From positions 1 through 47,372 of the forward strand of contig CANRJL010000001.1 of the NCBI GenBank assembly GCA_947630935.1: DNA of 47,372 bases. The letters run 5' to 3'. Origin of the DNA: an uncultured Bacilli bacterium. Its GTDB lineage: Bacteria; Bacillota_I; Bacilli_A; RF39; UBA660. A model generated the notes under the pieces. That model did not search any database. It worked only from the letters and a program-made list of their open reading frames with translations, and was not told where the DNA came from. Below are positions 1 through 9,620 of the stretch, one piece after another (position 1 is the first letter of the stretch; the number at the start of each line of letters is the position of its first letter). The position numbers and the translations under genes are program-made.

Positions 1-2
1 AA

Positions 3-737
3 AATATAGAAAGTAAGTTTAATGAATACTTAAAATATGGTGGTCTTCCAGCAATAACACTAATTAAAGATAATAATGATTTAGTATTATCATATTTAAG
101 CGATATATATAATTCAATTGTAAAAAAAGATATAATAGATAGAAATAATATAAAAGATACTGCATTACTTGATAATATAATAAAGTATTTATCTTATAAT
201 ATTGGCAGCAGTGTTTCTTCAACTAAAATAAGTGATTATCTAAATAGTAATAAGATAATAGAAAAGTCTAACCATCAAACTATAGATAATTATTTAAATA
301 TGTTAGAAAAATCATTTATAATGTATAAAGCAGATAGAACGGATATTAAGAGTAAATCATTACTAAAAACACTTGGTAAATATTATATATCAGATATAGG
401 AATAAGAAATATTATATTAGGTTTTAGAAACATTAATGAGGGACATTTACTTGAAAATGTTGTATATTTAGAGCTTTTAAGAAGAGGATGTAGAGTTAAT
501 ATCGGTAAATCAAATGAATATGAGGTAAATTTTGTAGCCGAAAATCCTAATGACATAAAGTACTATCAGGTAACAAAGTCTATAGCAAGCGATGAAGTAA
601 GAAATAGAGAACTTAGAAGCTTGGAAAGTATAGATGATAATTATGAAAAGATAATATTAACTATGGATAGAACAATAAATAATGATTTTAATGGTATAAA
701 AGTTAAAAATATAATAGATTGGTTATTGGAGGAATAA
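3..737 (+). CDS. AAA-family ATPase, DUF4143-like C-terminal portion (5' end outside window)
   Basis: The frame of the listed 300..737 ORF stays open back to nt 3, so ATG-300 is internal. The C-terminal sequence (KYYISDIGIRN, LLENVVYLEL, KYYQVT) matches my memory of the DUF4143 ATPase family. No search run. Confidence 0.55.
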   Translation, partial: NIESKFNEYLKYGGLPAITLIKDNNDLVLSYLSDIYNSIVKKDIIDRNNIKDTALLDNIIKYLSYNIGSSVSSTKISDYLNSNKIIEKSNHQTIDNYLNMLEKSFIMYKADRTDIKSKSLLKTLGKYYISDIGIRNIILGFRNINEGHLLENVVYLELLRRGCRVNIGKSNEYEVNFVAENPNDIKYYQVTKSIASDEVRNRELRSLESIDDNYEKIILTMDRTINNDFNGIKVKNIIDWLLEE

Positions 738-927
738 GATAATAATTCGCGTTCGATATAGTTTTTTGTTTTTCGGTTTCAAATTTACAATATATAAGAA
801 TATTTTATTTGGCATATCCAAAAAAACTTTTACGTAGAAAAAGTATTAGAAAGTAATCAGTAACTAAAAGAATATTTATATAAATAAATTGACATAAAAT
901 TTTAAAAGCAAGAAAAAATAATAACAG

Positions 928-947
928 GGAAACATATAATCGTTTCC
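928..947 (+). promoter_or_regulatory. Inverted repeat GGAAAC-N8-GTTTCC enclosing a perfect TATAAT (935..940), 56 nt upstream of the uvrB ATG; candidate -10/operator
   Basis: Read directly. There is no convincing -35 at 17-nt spacing (TTGACA at 889..894 is 40 nt away), so the call is weak. Confidence 0.25.
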
Positions 948-1002
948 TTGTTTTGCTTATAAAATAATGATAAAATATATTAATTCAGTGAGGAGGAAAA
1001 TT

Positions 1003-2952
1003 ATGTTCGATTTAGTAACAAAATATAAACCTAATGGTGACCAACCAAAAGCAATTCAAGAACTTGTTTCTGGCATTAAAAGTGGGAAAAAAGAACAGGT
1101 TTTACTAGGGGCAACTGGTACTGGTAAGACTTTTACAATTGCAAATATCATTAAAGAAGTTAATCGCCCTACTCTAGTTTTAGCTCATAATAAAACACTT
1201 GCAGGACAACTTTATGCAGAGTTTAAAGAATTGTTTCCTAATAATCATGTGGAATATTTTGTATCATATTACGATTATTTTCAACCAGAAGCGTATGTGC
1301 CATCAACTGATACTTATATTGAAAAAGACTCTTCTATAAATGATGAAATTGATGAATTAAGACATGCGGCAACATCTTCTTTGATTAATTATCGGGATAC
1401 AATTGTTGTAGCCTCAGTTTCTTGTATATATGGAATTGGGGAAAAGGAAGAATATATTAATGGAACTTTAACTCTAAGTGTTGGGCAAATTGTTAAAAGA
1501 AATGCTATTATAAATAAATTAGTTGAGATGACTTATGAACGAAATGATATTGATTTTCACCGAGGAACTTTTAGAAGTCGCGGTGATACAATTGATATTG
1601 TGCCAGTTAATGAGCATACTAAAGGAATTAAAATTGAACTTTTTGGCGATGAAATTGAACGAATATGTCAATTTGACCCAGTAACTGGTGTTATTTTAAA
1701 AAGTATGAAAAATGTTACAATTTTCCCGGCAAGTCATTTCGTAACTAGTGAGGAAAAATTACATGAAGCAATTAAGAGAATTGAAGAAGAATTAAAAGAA
1801 AGACTTGCAGAATTAAAAGAAGAAAATAAATTAATTGAAGAACAACGATTACGTGAAAGAACTAATTATGATATTGAAATGTTAAAAGAAACTGGCTTTT
1901 GTAGTGGAGTTGAAAATTATTCTAGACATTTAGCTCTTAGGGGACCTGGTGAAACCCCTACTTGTTTGATTGATTTTTTTCCTGATGATTTTTTATTGGT
2001 CGTTGATGAAAGTCATGTTACCCTACCCCAAGTCCGAGGTATGTATAATGGGGATAGGATGCGAAAGCAAACTTTAGTTGATTATGGTTTTAGATTACCA
2101 AGTGCCCTAGATAATCGGCCTTTAAAATTTGAAGAATTTGAAAAGAAAATAAATCAAGCAATTTATGTTTCAGCAACACCTGGTTCTTATGAACTTGCTA
2201 AAACTAATAATACTTTTGTTGAACAAATAATAAGACCTACTGGTTTGTTAGACCCTTTGATTGATGTGCGGAAAACAGAAGGTCAAGTGGATGATATAAT
2301 TGAAGAGATAAGACTTCGTAAAGCTAAAAATGAACGAGTTTTAATAACTACTTTAACTATTCGAATGAGTGAAGAATTAACAAATTATTTAAAAGAAATG
2401 AATATTAAAGTAGCTTATTTACATAATGAAATTAAAACTTTAGAACGATTGAAAATTATTCATGATTTACGAGTTGGAATATATGATGTGGTAGTAGGAA
2501 TAAATCTTTTAAGAGAAGGTATTGATATTCCCGAAGTAAGCTTAATTTGTATTTTAGATGCTGATAAACAAGGCTTTTTAAGAAGTAGTCGCAGTTTAAT
2601 TCAAACTATAGGACGGTGTGCTAGAAATAGTAATGGTAAAGTTATAATGTATGCTGATACTTATAGTGAAGCAATGCAAGAAGCTATTAATGAAACAAAG
2701 CGAAGAAGAGAGATTCAAGAAAAATATAATCAAGAACATCATATTATTCCTCAAACAATTATTAAAGATATTAAAGAAGTAGTTTCTAATGAAATTAAAG
2801 AAAGTAGTCAAAAGAAAAAAATAACTAAAAAAGAAAAAGAAAGAATGATTAGTGAAATTGAAACAGAAATGAAGATAGCAGCGAAGAATTTAGATTTTGA
2901 ACGGGCGATGGAACTAAGAGATATTCTTTTTGAAATGAAAAGTGATTCCTAA
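1003..2952 (+). CDS. uvrB: Excinuclease ABC subunit B
   Basis: Walker [17 protein letters not shown] box, helicase C-terminal motifs and a C-terminal UVR motif ([11 protein letters not shown]). The preferred start is ATG 1003, preceded by AGGAGG at 991..996; the ORF-track start at 967 has no RBS. Confidence 0.97.
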   Translation: MFDLVTKYKPNGDQPKAIQELVSGIKSGKKEQVLLGATGTGKTFTIANIIKEVNRPTLVLAHNKTLAGQLYAEFKELFPNNHVEYFVSYYDYFQPEAYVPSTDTYIEKDSSINDEIDELRHAATSSLINYRDTIVVASVSCIYGIGEKEEYINGTLTLSVGQIVKRNAIINKLVEMTYERNDIDFHRGTFRSRGDTIDIVPVNEHTKGIKIELFGDEIERICQFDPVTGVILKSMKNVTIFPASHFVTSEEKLHEAIKRIEEELKERLAELKEENKLIEEQRLRERTNYDIEMLKETGFCSGVENYSRHLALRGPGETPTCLIDFFPDDFLLVVDESHVTLPQVRGMYNGDRMRKQTLVDYGFRLPSALDNRPLKFEEFEKKINQAIYVSATPGSYELAKTNNTFVEQIIRPTGLLDPLIDVRKTEGQVDDIIEEIRLRKAKNERVLITTLTIRMSEELTNYLKEMNIKVAYLHNEIKTLERLKIIHDLRVGIYDVVVGINLLREGIDIPEVSLICILDADKQGFLRSSRSLIQTIGRCARNSNGKVIMYADTYSEAMQEAINETKRRREIQEKYNQEHHIIPQTIIKDIKEVVSNEIKESSQKKKITKKEKERMISEIETEMKIAAKNLDFERAMELRDILFEMKSDS

Positions 2953-2969
2953 CTATTAGGAATTTTTTT
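2946..2969 (+). terminator. Putative intrinsic terminator of uvrB
   Basis: Stem TTCCTAA/TTAGGAA (2946-2952 / 2956-2962), 3-nt loop, then T7 (2963-2969). The stem is short and AT-rich and includes the stop codon. Confidence 0.4.
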
Positions 2970-3018
2970 CATAATGAAAGTTTTTTAACATATATTTTAT
3001 TATGAAAGAGGAAAAAAG

Positions 3019-3648
3019 ATGAAGATTACTGATGAATTAATTCATAAAACTAGTTATTTAAAACATGGTGATTGTTTTTTGAAAAAGATTGATTATAATG
3101 CCTTATATTTCTTTTTAAATTCTGAGCTTTTAGGACACTTTCACCCAAATGATGCTTATGATATGACTATTCATAGTACTTTAAATGGTTTTGAAATTAT
3201 TAATTTAATAACTAACAAAGAATATCTTTTAACTTTAAAAAATTACTTGTTACTACTGCAAGATAAAAATGAAGAAAAAATATATGGGCAAATTACCGCT
3301 TTAGATAATAAATGGCAAAATATAGTAAGAAGTTACTTTATTAAATCTTATGTTGATTGTATTTTTACTATTGAAAATAGAGATTCGCAAGTGTCTTATT
3401 ATTTATATAAGGTAGACGCTAGTAAAATTATTTATGGTGGTAGTTATACACCCCTTTATTTAAAGATTAAAGATAATTTATATTTTGAATATAAAAATAT
3501 GGGAGCTTTAAAAAATAATGCTTCTTCTTTTAAAACAAATAAGGTTTTTATTAACCCAAATGATAATTTTTATGAAAAGTTATTTCAAAGTTTAGAAGAA
3601 CAATTAGTTAAAGATTCTTGGCAAAGAAAAAGAAAGTTAAAATTTTAA
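3019..3648 (+). CDS. Hypothetical cytoplasmic protein
   Basis: 209-aa ORF with AGAGGA upstream of the ATG. No recognisable motif. Its 3' end overlaps the convergent gene by 4 nt. Confidence 0.6.
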   Translation: MKITDELIHKTSYLKHGDCFLKKIDYNALYFFLNSELLGHFHPNDAYDMTIHSTLNGFEIINLITNKEYLLTLKNYLLLLQDKNEEKIYGQITALDNKWQNIVRSYFIKSYVDCIFTIENRDSQVSYYLYKVDASKIIYGGSYTPLYLKIKDNLYFEYKNMGALKNNASSFKTNKVFINPNDNFYEKLFQSLEEQLVKDSWQRKRKLKF

Positions 3649-4145
3649 CTTTCCTTTTCGACAATAAATTTTAATTGATAAGGAACAAAATTTTCACCTT
3701 GTTCATCATTATATAAACGAAATTCATATATTTTTTCAGCAGCAGTTAAACTGTTTGTATCTAATAAATAATAAGTATATTCATTATCGGCATAATTAGT
3801 TTTTTCGGATATGTATTGAACTTCAGCCATTGCAATTTTTAAATGGTCAGTGGCAATTGTTTGGGGTATTCCTATATAAAGTTTATAATTTTCGTGCCGA
3901 TAAGTTGTATTTTGTAAAACTAAATGATATTTAGGTAATTTTTGAGCCATTTCATCAGATATAGCATATAAGATTTTGGAATATACTTTATCTTCAACTA
4001 CTTCAATTAAACTATTTTCAGTATAATAAGCAGCTGTTTGTTTAATATCTGGAAAATCCCATAAATAATAAGTTATGCCAACAAAGAAAAGCCAAAAACA
4101 AATTTCAATTATTTTACGACGTTTTAATTCTTTTAGATAACGCAT
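3645..4145 (-). CDS. Hypothetical membrane-anchored protein, last gene of the SipW block
   Basis: 166 aa with an N-terminal TM (IIEICFWLFFVGITYYLW). AAGGGGGA RBS upstream of the ATG. Confidence 0.6.
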   Translation of the reverse strand: MRYLKELKRRKIIEICFWLFFVGITYYLWDFPDIKQTAAYYTENSLIEVVEDKVYSKILYAISDEMAQKLPKYHLVLQNTTYRHENYKLYIGIPQTIATDHLKIAMAEVQYISEKTNYADNEYTYYLLDTNSLTAAEKIYEFRLYNDEQGENFVPYQLKFIVEKES

Positions 4146-4215
4146 ATATTGTTCCCCCTTTTGCTAGTTGTATTATAACACAGAAGGACGTTTTTGTCAA
4201 ATTAATGTAAAATGG

Positions 4216-5031
4216 TTATTTTTTCTTTTTCTTTTTTGGCTCTTTTAGTTTAGGAATATCTTCTATTTTTTTATTTTTTTTATTTTTACCTACTTCAATA
4301 ATAACTGAAGTTTTCTTTAAAGGGTCTTCTTCATTTTCACTTCTTTTTATGCCATATTTAGAATTTAGTTTTTCTTCTATTTCTTTTTTCTTTTTAGCAT
4401 TTTCTTCTTTTTTCTGTTCTTCTTTTAAAACAATATCAGCAATATCTTTTTGAGCACTTTGTAATCTTATTAATTTTAAGATATCAAAAAGAATGATTAA
4501 AAAGGCTGGGATTACAACAAGAATTAACCAACCCCATCTCGTTGTTAGAATTGATTGAAGTCTTCCTAATTGGGGAATTTTAAAGATTACTTTACCAATA
4601 ATGTTTTCAAATCTTACTGTAGCACTGTCAGGGACTTCATTATTATCCCCTTTTGTTTGGAATTGATAACCATTCTCATCGTTTGTTATGGAGTAAACAC
4701 GATGGGTTATCGTAAACCCTTTGGAAATGGTAGATGTTGAAATAAATGTAATAACATCACCAACTTTAATATCTTCAGGTTTTTTAACTTTGACATTAAC
4801 TATTACATCATAAATGTTTAGATTTGGCTCCATACTTGGTGAAATAATTGTATATAAACCAAAAGATGCTTTATAATCAGGGTTTTTATTTGCATAAACT
4901 TTAGTAGCAATAAAATAGTAAAGAAGAACTATTGCCACTAGAATTAATAAGATAAAAATAGTCCAAGATATAACAGTTGTAACAAAATGGACTTTATGTT
5001 TAATTGAGCTGTATTTTTCTTGTTTCTTCAT
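4216..5031 (-). CDS. sipW: Signal peptidase I, ER/archaeal (SipW) type
   Basis: N-terminal TM, then SPSMEP (catalytic Ser), ITHRV (His) and KGDNN boxes typical of SipW-type S26 peptidases. A second TM (WGWLILVVIPAFLIILF) and a Lys/Glu-rich tail follow. Confidence 0.8.
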   Translation of the reverse strand: MKKQEKYSSIKHKVHFVTTVISWTIFILLILVAIVLLYYFIATKVYANKNPDYKASFGLYTIISPSMEPNLNIYDVIVNVKVKKPEDIKVGDVITFISTSTISKGFTITHRVYSITNDENGYQFQTKGDNNEVPDSATVRFENIIGKVIFKIPQLGRLQSILTTRWGWLILVVIPAFLIILFDILKLIRLQSAQKDIADIVLKEEQKKEENAKKKKEIEEKLNSKYGIKRSENEEDPLKKTSVIIEVGKNKKNKKIEDIPKLKEPKKKKKK

Positions 5032-5134
5032 GTTTATACCCTTTCTATTCTATACTATATTATTATAATAAAATCATTGAAAAAATTCAATAAATAGAAT
5101 TCATAAAATAATGCATTCACTAGTTTTTGACAAT

Positions 5135-7282
5135 TTATTTTAAAGTTGGATAACCTGTTTCTTGGTCAATAACCCAATCACTTAAGGCTAAATTAAAGTA
5201 ATTGCTATTATATTTATGGTTTATTAAGTCATTATTAATATTTGGCAAGTTGATATCTTGGCGGCCTTTTGTTAATTTGTATATTAAACCATTGGTGTTT
5301 GTGGGGTCTGTTATTTTCATATAAGTTTCACTTAAGGCTTGGGCACTTGTATTATTACTTCCCGATGCACCACCACTTTTATAGTAGGTATCTTTAACAT
5401 CACCATTATATAAGTAGCCAATTTGATATCTAGTACTTCCGCCTAGAACATCTCCCGAGTTATAGGTATTATAAATCTGCTTATGAACATCGTTATTCCA
5501 AGTAACGGTATTAGCAATGCCGCCAACATAATTATGCGAAGTATTATCTTTGATAGTACCTGCATTATAACTATTTAAGATATGGCCACCACCTTGCACT
5601 AAACCAATTAAACCAGCTACTGAACCATTGTAAGCGACAGTTCCGGTATAGGTTACGCTTCCTTTATTATAACTATTTACTATAAAGGTTGTTCCATAAT
5701 TAGCAGCAACTAAACCACCTAAAGATATGATGCCTGTATCAGTTCCTTTACCATTAGTTGATATTTCACCAGCATTATACGAATTATTTATATAGCAATT
5801 ACCATTACTTAAAGCAAGAATACCAGCATTAGTAATAATTGAGTTTTGAACAGTACCTTCATTATAACTATCACTAACGAATAAATGCGAATCATTACCA
5901 ATCGCACCAACTATGCCACCACCATGATTGCCGCCTTGTAATGTACCATGATTAGAACAATTTTCTAGTCGAACATTATCACCTTTTAAATTAATGTTGT
6001 CGTTACCAACACTGCCAATAATACCACCAACAGAATAACCACTGCCATAACTAGTTACATTAACATAATTGTGAACATTTGCTAATTCAACATTAGAGGC
6101 ATAGCTAACTAGTCCCCCAATATTGGCAGTTTCATCAGTATAGGTATTACCTGTAATAGTTAAATTTTTAATACTTCCTCCAACTACAAAACCAAATAAG
6201 CTGGCAACTGTTCGTTCTGGTTTGCCATTATTGCTATGAATATGGATATAGAGATTTTCTAAAGTATGGTTATTGCCATTAAGACTCCCCAGAAAATAAT
6301 GTTCAAAATTGCCAATTGGAGGAAAACCGGTACCATTTTGATTAGTTAATTCTGTGATTAGAGGTTCAACATCATTCACGTTGTTAAGATTACCAAAGTC
6401 TAAACGCTCGCTGTTACGGTAACTTTGGGAATCGGTAAAATCTAAATTACTATCTAAAATAAAGGTTTCATTTTGGAAATTTGCCCCACTATTTACTGAA
6501 TTACTTAAGGTTACTAAATCTTCAACTCTTTGAATGTATTTTGATTTTATTTCTAAATCAGCTGTTATATTATCAACTATTAAAGTATCATTTTCATAAC
6601 GATAATTTACTTCTTGACCAGCAATAAATGGTTTAGCGCCAATTGGATATGGTTTTTGGAGCTCCATTGCAAATGAATCATTATCAATTACTTCTTGTGG
6701 GTAAATACTAGTATCACTATCAAAGGCTGTATAAGTTACTTTATGCATTACCCGAAAATCAAAATTTAAGTCAACAAAATAATCTAGCTTATCCTTATTA
6801 TAGCCATTTTCTTTATATTTAATAATGAAATAAATTTCTTTTTGCATGCCTAAATTACATTTTAATTGGTCATCACATAATTTATCTTTTAGGGTATAAT
6901 TTACAATTTCATATTCTAAATTGTCGGCTAAGCCAGTAATATCATAGATTCCCATCGGAAGATTACCAAAGTTAGTAATTTCGATTTTATATTTTATTTG
7001 GGAATTCTCATTTGGTAAATAAACTGATGTCTTAACTTTTTTAACATTATATTCTTCCCAATTAGATATTGCTTCGTTTTGGTTAAAACTACTATCAGTT
7101 GCTACTGAAATATCAGTGACTCTAATGTCAGCTTGTGCTCTTACAGTTAAAGTAACATCATCCACTAAAAGATTTTGACTAAAAGTTGCCCACCCAAGAG
7201 AAAGAAAGAAAACCATTATAGCTAAAATAAAGAAAATAAGAGAAAAAAGAGGTTTTTCATTACCTATTTTACTTTTTTTCAT
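5135..7282 (-). CDS. Secreted/surface protein: SipW-type signal, TasA-like N-terminal region and GLUG-type repeat (beta-helix-like) C-terminal region
   Basis: 715 aa. N-terminus ends ...FFLSLGWATFSQNLLVDD. KYKIEITNFGN motif. Residues ~380-600 carry recurring N-x-G...GG[IL][IV]G/A units (IGGLVSYA, VGGIIGSV, GGGIVGAI, LGGLVAAN, VAGLIGLV, VGGIANTV). The start overlaps the upstream gene by 14 nt. Confidence 0.7.
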   Translation of the reverse strand: MKKSKIGNEKPLFSLIFFILAIMVFFLSLGWATFSQNLLVDDVTLTVRAQADIRVTDISVATDSSFNQNEAISNWEEYNVKKVKTSVYLPNENSQIKYKIEITNFGNLPMGIYDITGLADNLEYEIVNYTLKDKLCDDQLKCNLGMQKEIYFIIKYKENGYNKDKLDYFVDLNFDFRVMHKVTYTAFDSDTSIYPQEVIDNDSFAMELQKPYPIGAKPFIAGQEVNYRYENDTLIVDNITADLEIKSKYIQRVEDLVTLSNSVNSGANFQNETFILDSNLDFTDSQSYRNSERLDFGNLNNVNDVEPLITELTNQNGTGFPPIGNFEHYFLGSLNGNNHTLENLYIHIHSNNGKPERTVASLFGFVVGGSIKNLTITGNTYTDETANIGGLVSYASNVELANVHNYVNVTSYGSGYSVGGIIGSVGNDNINLKGDNVRLENCSNHGTLQGGNHGGGIVGAIGNDSHLFVSDSYNEGTVQNSIITNAGILALSNGNCYINNSYNAGEISTNGKGTDTGIISLGGLVAANYGTTFIVNSYNKGSVTYTGTVAYNGSVAGLIGLVQGGGHILNSYNAGTIKDNTSHNYVGGIANTVTWNNDVHKQIYNTYNSGDVLGGSTRYQIGYLYNGDVKDTYYKSGGASGSNNTSAQALSETYMKITDPTNTNGLIYKLTKGRQDINLPNINNDLINHKYNSNYFNLALSDWVIDQETGYPTLK

Positions 7283-8411
7283 TAATATTTGGCCTTTCTA
7301 TATCACTTGCTTTTAATTGCAACAAATAAATATCATCATTGTTTTTTAAATAAAAATAGCATTTTTGATGTTTGGTAACATTGTAATACATAATAGGTAT
7401 TTTTAAATTATCCCGAACATCTAGTAATTCCGTAAATTCAGTTATTTTAAAGATATGATATTTATTAAAGTCTATTTTAGTCTTTGTTTCAACAATTAAT
7501 CTATCATAAGTTTTTAATATATTATTTAAATATTTATCATAAGCTGTTTTAGGTTTGAAGAAAATAGTTGTTAATTTAAGAAGATTAACTAAAGCCAGAA
7601 TAGCTATAATAAACGTTATAATTTCAAAAGAAAAAGTTAGAGGGTTAAATTGCCATTCTTCGGGAAGCGATAATTCATTACTTTTATTTAATGTTTCATC
7701 ATCAAATTTAATTTGCACAGCACTTTCGGATAAAGGTATAGTTACTCCACTGGTACTTGTATCTTGAAAATTCAAATGATATTTTTGACCATTTTTATTA
7801 ACTTTTAAATATACTTTTAAGTAGCTTTCTTCATTCACACCATAATTGGTTTTAAAATTATTAACTAAACTATTATAGTAATCATAATCAATAGCAATAC
7901 TTTCAGTTATAGTAAAATCTTTTTGATTTTGCATCGATAACAAAGAAGATGTAAAAAGAGGATATTCTTTTTCAAAATAACTAGCTTTTGTTTGGGGATT
8001 GGCGATGATTAATTTACCAATTATTTGATAATCAAAATCAAGAGATAAAGGTTTAGTTATATTAAATTGATAATTAAAATCAAATTTTATTTCATCTATT
8101 AAGTTGGCAACATACATCATATTTTTTTCTAAATATTCTTTTTCGTAGAAATCATTGGGTTTTAAATATACTTTGTAATCAACAGTTTGATTATCAGTAT
8201 ATTTAAGTGGTTCTGTATTTTTTATTGTAAAAGAGTTGATGGCTAAATAAAAGCAAGTTAAAAGAAAGACAATAAAGATTATGAATAAAAATGCTACTCT
8301 AATTGGATAACTAATATAAATAGGTTTTTTATTTTCTTTTTTTAAGGGTGTTGTTTTGTTTATAGTTTGTTTGGTATTCTTACGCCCTGTTGCATTGTGT
8401 TTTTTAACCAT
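7269..8411 (-). CDS. Two-TM membrane protein, possibly DUF5305 family (SipW-associated)
   Basis: Preferred start is ATG 8411 with GGTGG 5 nt upstream (ORF-track start 8444). TM near the N-terminus (VAFLFIIFIVFLLTCFYLAI) and a second TM near residue ~290 (FEIITFIIAILALVNLL). The family assignment is from memory only. Confidence 0.6.
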   Translation of the reverse strand: MVKKHNATGRKNTKQTINKTTPLKKENKKPIYISYPIRVAFLFIIFIVFLLTCFYLAINSFTIKNTEPLKYTDNQTVDYKVYLKPNDFYEKEYLEKNMMYVANLIDEIKFDFNYQFNITKPLSLDFDYQIIGKLIIANPQTKASYFEKEYPLFTSSLLSMQNQKDFTITESIAIDYDYYNSLVNNFKTNYGVNEESYLKVYLKVNKNGQKYHLNFQDTSTSGVTIPLSESAVQIKFDDETLNKSNELSLPEEWQFNPLTFSFEIITFIIAILALVNLLKLTTIFFKPKTAYDKYLNNILKTYDRLIVETKTKIDFNKYHIFKITEFTELLDVRDNLKIPIMYYNVTKHQKCYFYLKNNDDIYLLQLKASDIERPNINEKK

Positions 8412-8433
8412 ATTAACCACCTTTATTTTTCTT

Positions 8434-9558
8434 TTATTTTTCATTTAGCCAAACTGTTGGTAACCCAATATAGGGAATTTTAATATTAACTACACCAATA
8501 AACATATCTTTAGTAACAGGATAGCCATCTAAATCATCATTGGCATCTCCTTTAGTATATAAATAATATTCATTAGCATATTTTAATTTTTCAACTAAAC
8601 GGTGAACTACAATAATATTATTATATTTGAAAGCTATTACTTGACCAATAGCAACTTCATCTAAATTTTGTTTTTTTTCAACAATTACCACATCACCTTT
8701 GTGGATATTAGGACTCATACTAGCACTAGCAATAGCTAGAGCATAGTATTTAAAATAACCAGATGTAATATATACTAAAAATATGGTAATAATTATGGGA
8801 ATTATTAAAGTTCCTATTTTCTTTTTATGATATTCACGTAAGATTTCTTCATCTTTTTCTTTTTGATAAAAAAGATATATTTTACGAAGTAAGAAAAATG
8901 GAACAAACAGCCAAACTATTGAATATATGTATTGATTTGGGTTAGGAATAAATGGCAGTAAATACATAAATAATTCAATTATTAGCCGAATATATATTAC
9001 AGGTTTATAACCTGTTTTATAACTTATATAACTATATGCAATATTAGCACTTATAGTTGGTAAAACAGTTATAGCAATATAGATGAATTTATCATAAATT
9101 GGATAATTCATATTTCTTAAAAGAGATGTTGATAAATCTAAAAATATAAATAAAATGGTTGTGATTATTCTTAATAATTTTTTATCAGCAGTTTTTAAAA
9201 GCATTTGATAACGAATTATTTCTTTTAAGAAAACAATTATAATAAGGGGAATAATAATATTTGTCATACTTTTTAAAGTATAATAATTTTCAACTTTGGC
9301 AAAACCAAAAAAAATCCCCGAAAGATAATATATTAGAAAAAAGATGATTATAAATATTGATTCTTCCATTATTATATCTTTGGTATACCGGTGATTATCT
9401 TTTTCAAGGCCTAAAAACAGATGAAAACTAGCAAGCATGAGCAGAAGAAATATAATCATTTTCGTACTATCTAATATACTTGAAACAAAACTATTTAATA
9501 TTAAGATAATGAAGATGATTATTTCATATATTAATAAATTCCTATAACCTTTTTTCAT
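8434..9558 (-). CDS. Fusion protein: ~8-TM N-terminal domain + SipW-type signal peptidase I domain
   Basis: 374 aa with AGGAGG RBS. About 8 hydrophobic helices in residues 1-230, then a basic loop (QKEKDEEILREYHKKK), a TM, then SASMSPN (Ser), VHRLV (His) and KGDANDD boxes. Confidence 0.75.
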   Translation of the reverse strand: MKKGYRNLLIYEIIIFIILILNSFVSSILDSTKMIIFLLLMLASFHLFLGLEKDNHRYTKDIIMEESIFIIIFFLIYYLSGIFFGFAKVENYYTLKSMTNIIIPLIIIVFLKEIIRYQMLLKTADKKLLRIITTILFIFLDLSTSLLRNMNYPIYDKFIYIAITVLPTISANIAYSYISYKTGYKPVIYIRLIIELFMYLLPFIPNPNQYIYSIVWLFVPFFLLRKIYLFYQKEKDEEILREYHKKKIGTLIIPIIITIFLVYITSGYFKYYALAIASASMSPNIHKGDVVIVEKKQNLDEVAIGQVIAFKYNNIIVVHRLVEKLKYANEYYLYTKGDANDDLDGYPVTKDMFIGVVNIKIPYIGLPTVWLNEK

Positions 9559-9583
9559 TCTTCCTCCTAAATAGTTTTGTGAA

Positions 9584-9613
9584 AATATATTAAAGAATAC
9601 GCTTTAATATATT
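9584..9613 (-). other. Perfect 12-bp AT-rich stem-loop between the 217-aa subunit gene and the downstream peptidase-fusion gene
   Basis: AATATATTAAAG (9584-9595) / CTTTAATATATT (9602-9613) with a 6-nt loop. No T-run follows on the minus strand, so it is not a canonical terminator. Confidence 0.3.
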
Positions 9614-9620
9614 ATGGTTT

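Noticed and set aside
967-1002. 12-codon N-terminal extension of UvrB ([12 protein letters not shown]) from the ORF track
   Set aside because: ATG 1003 is preceded by AGGAGG at the ideal distance and gives the conserved UvrB N-terminus ([15 protein letters not shown]). ATG 967 has no RBS.
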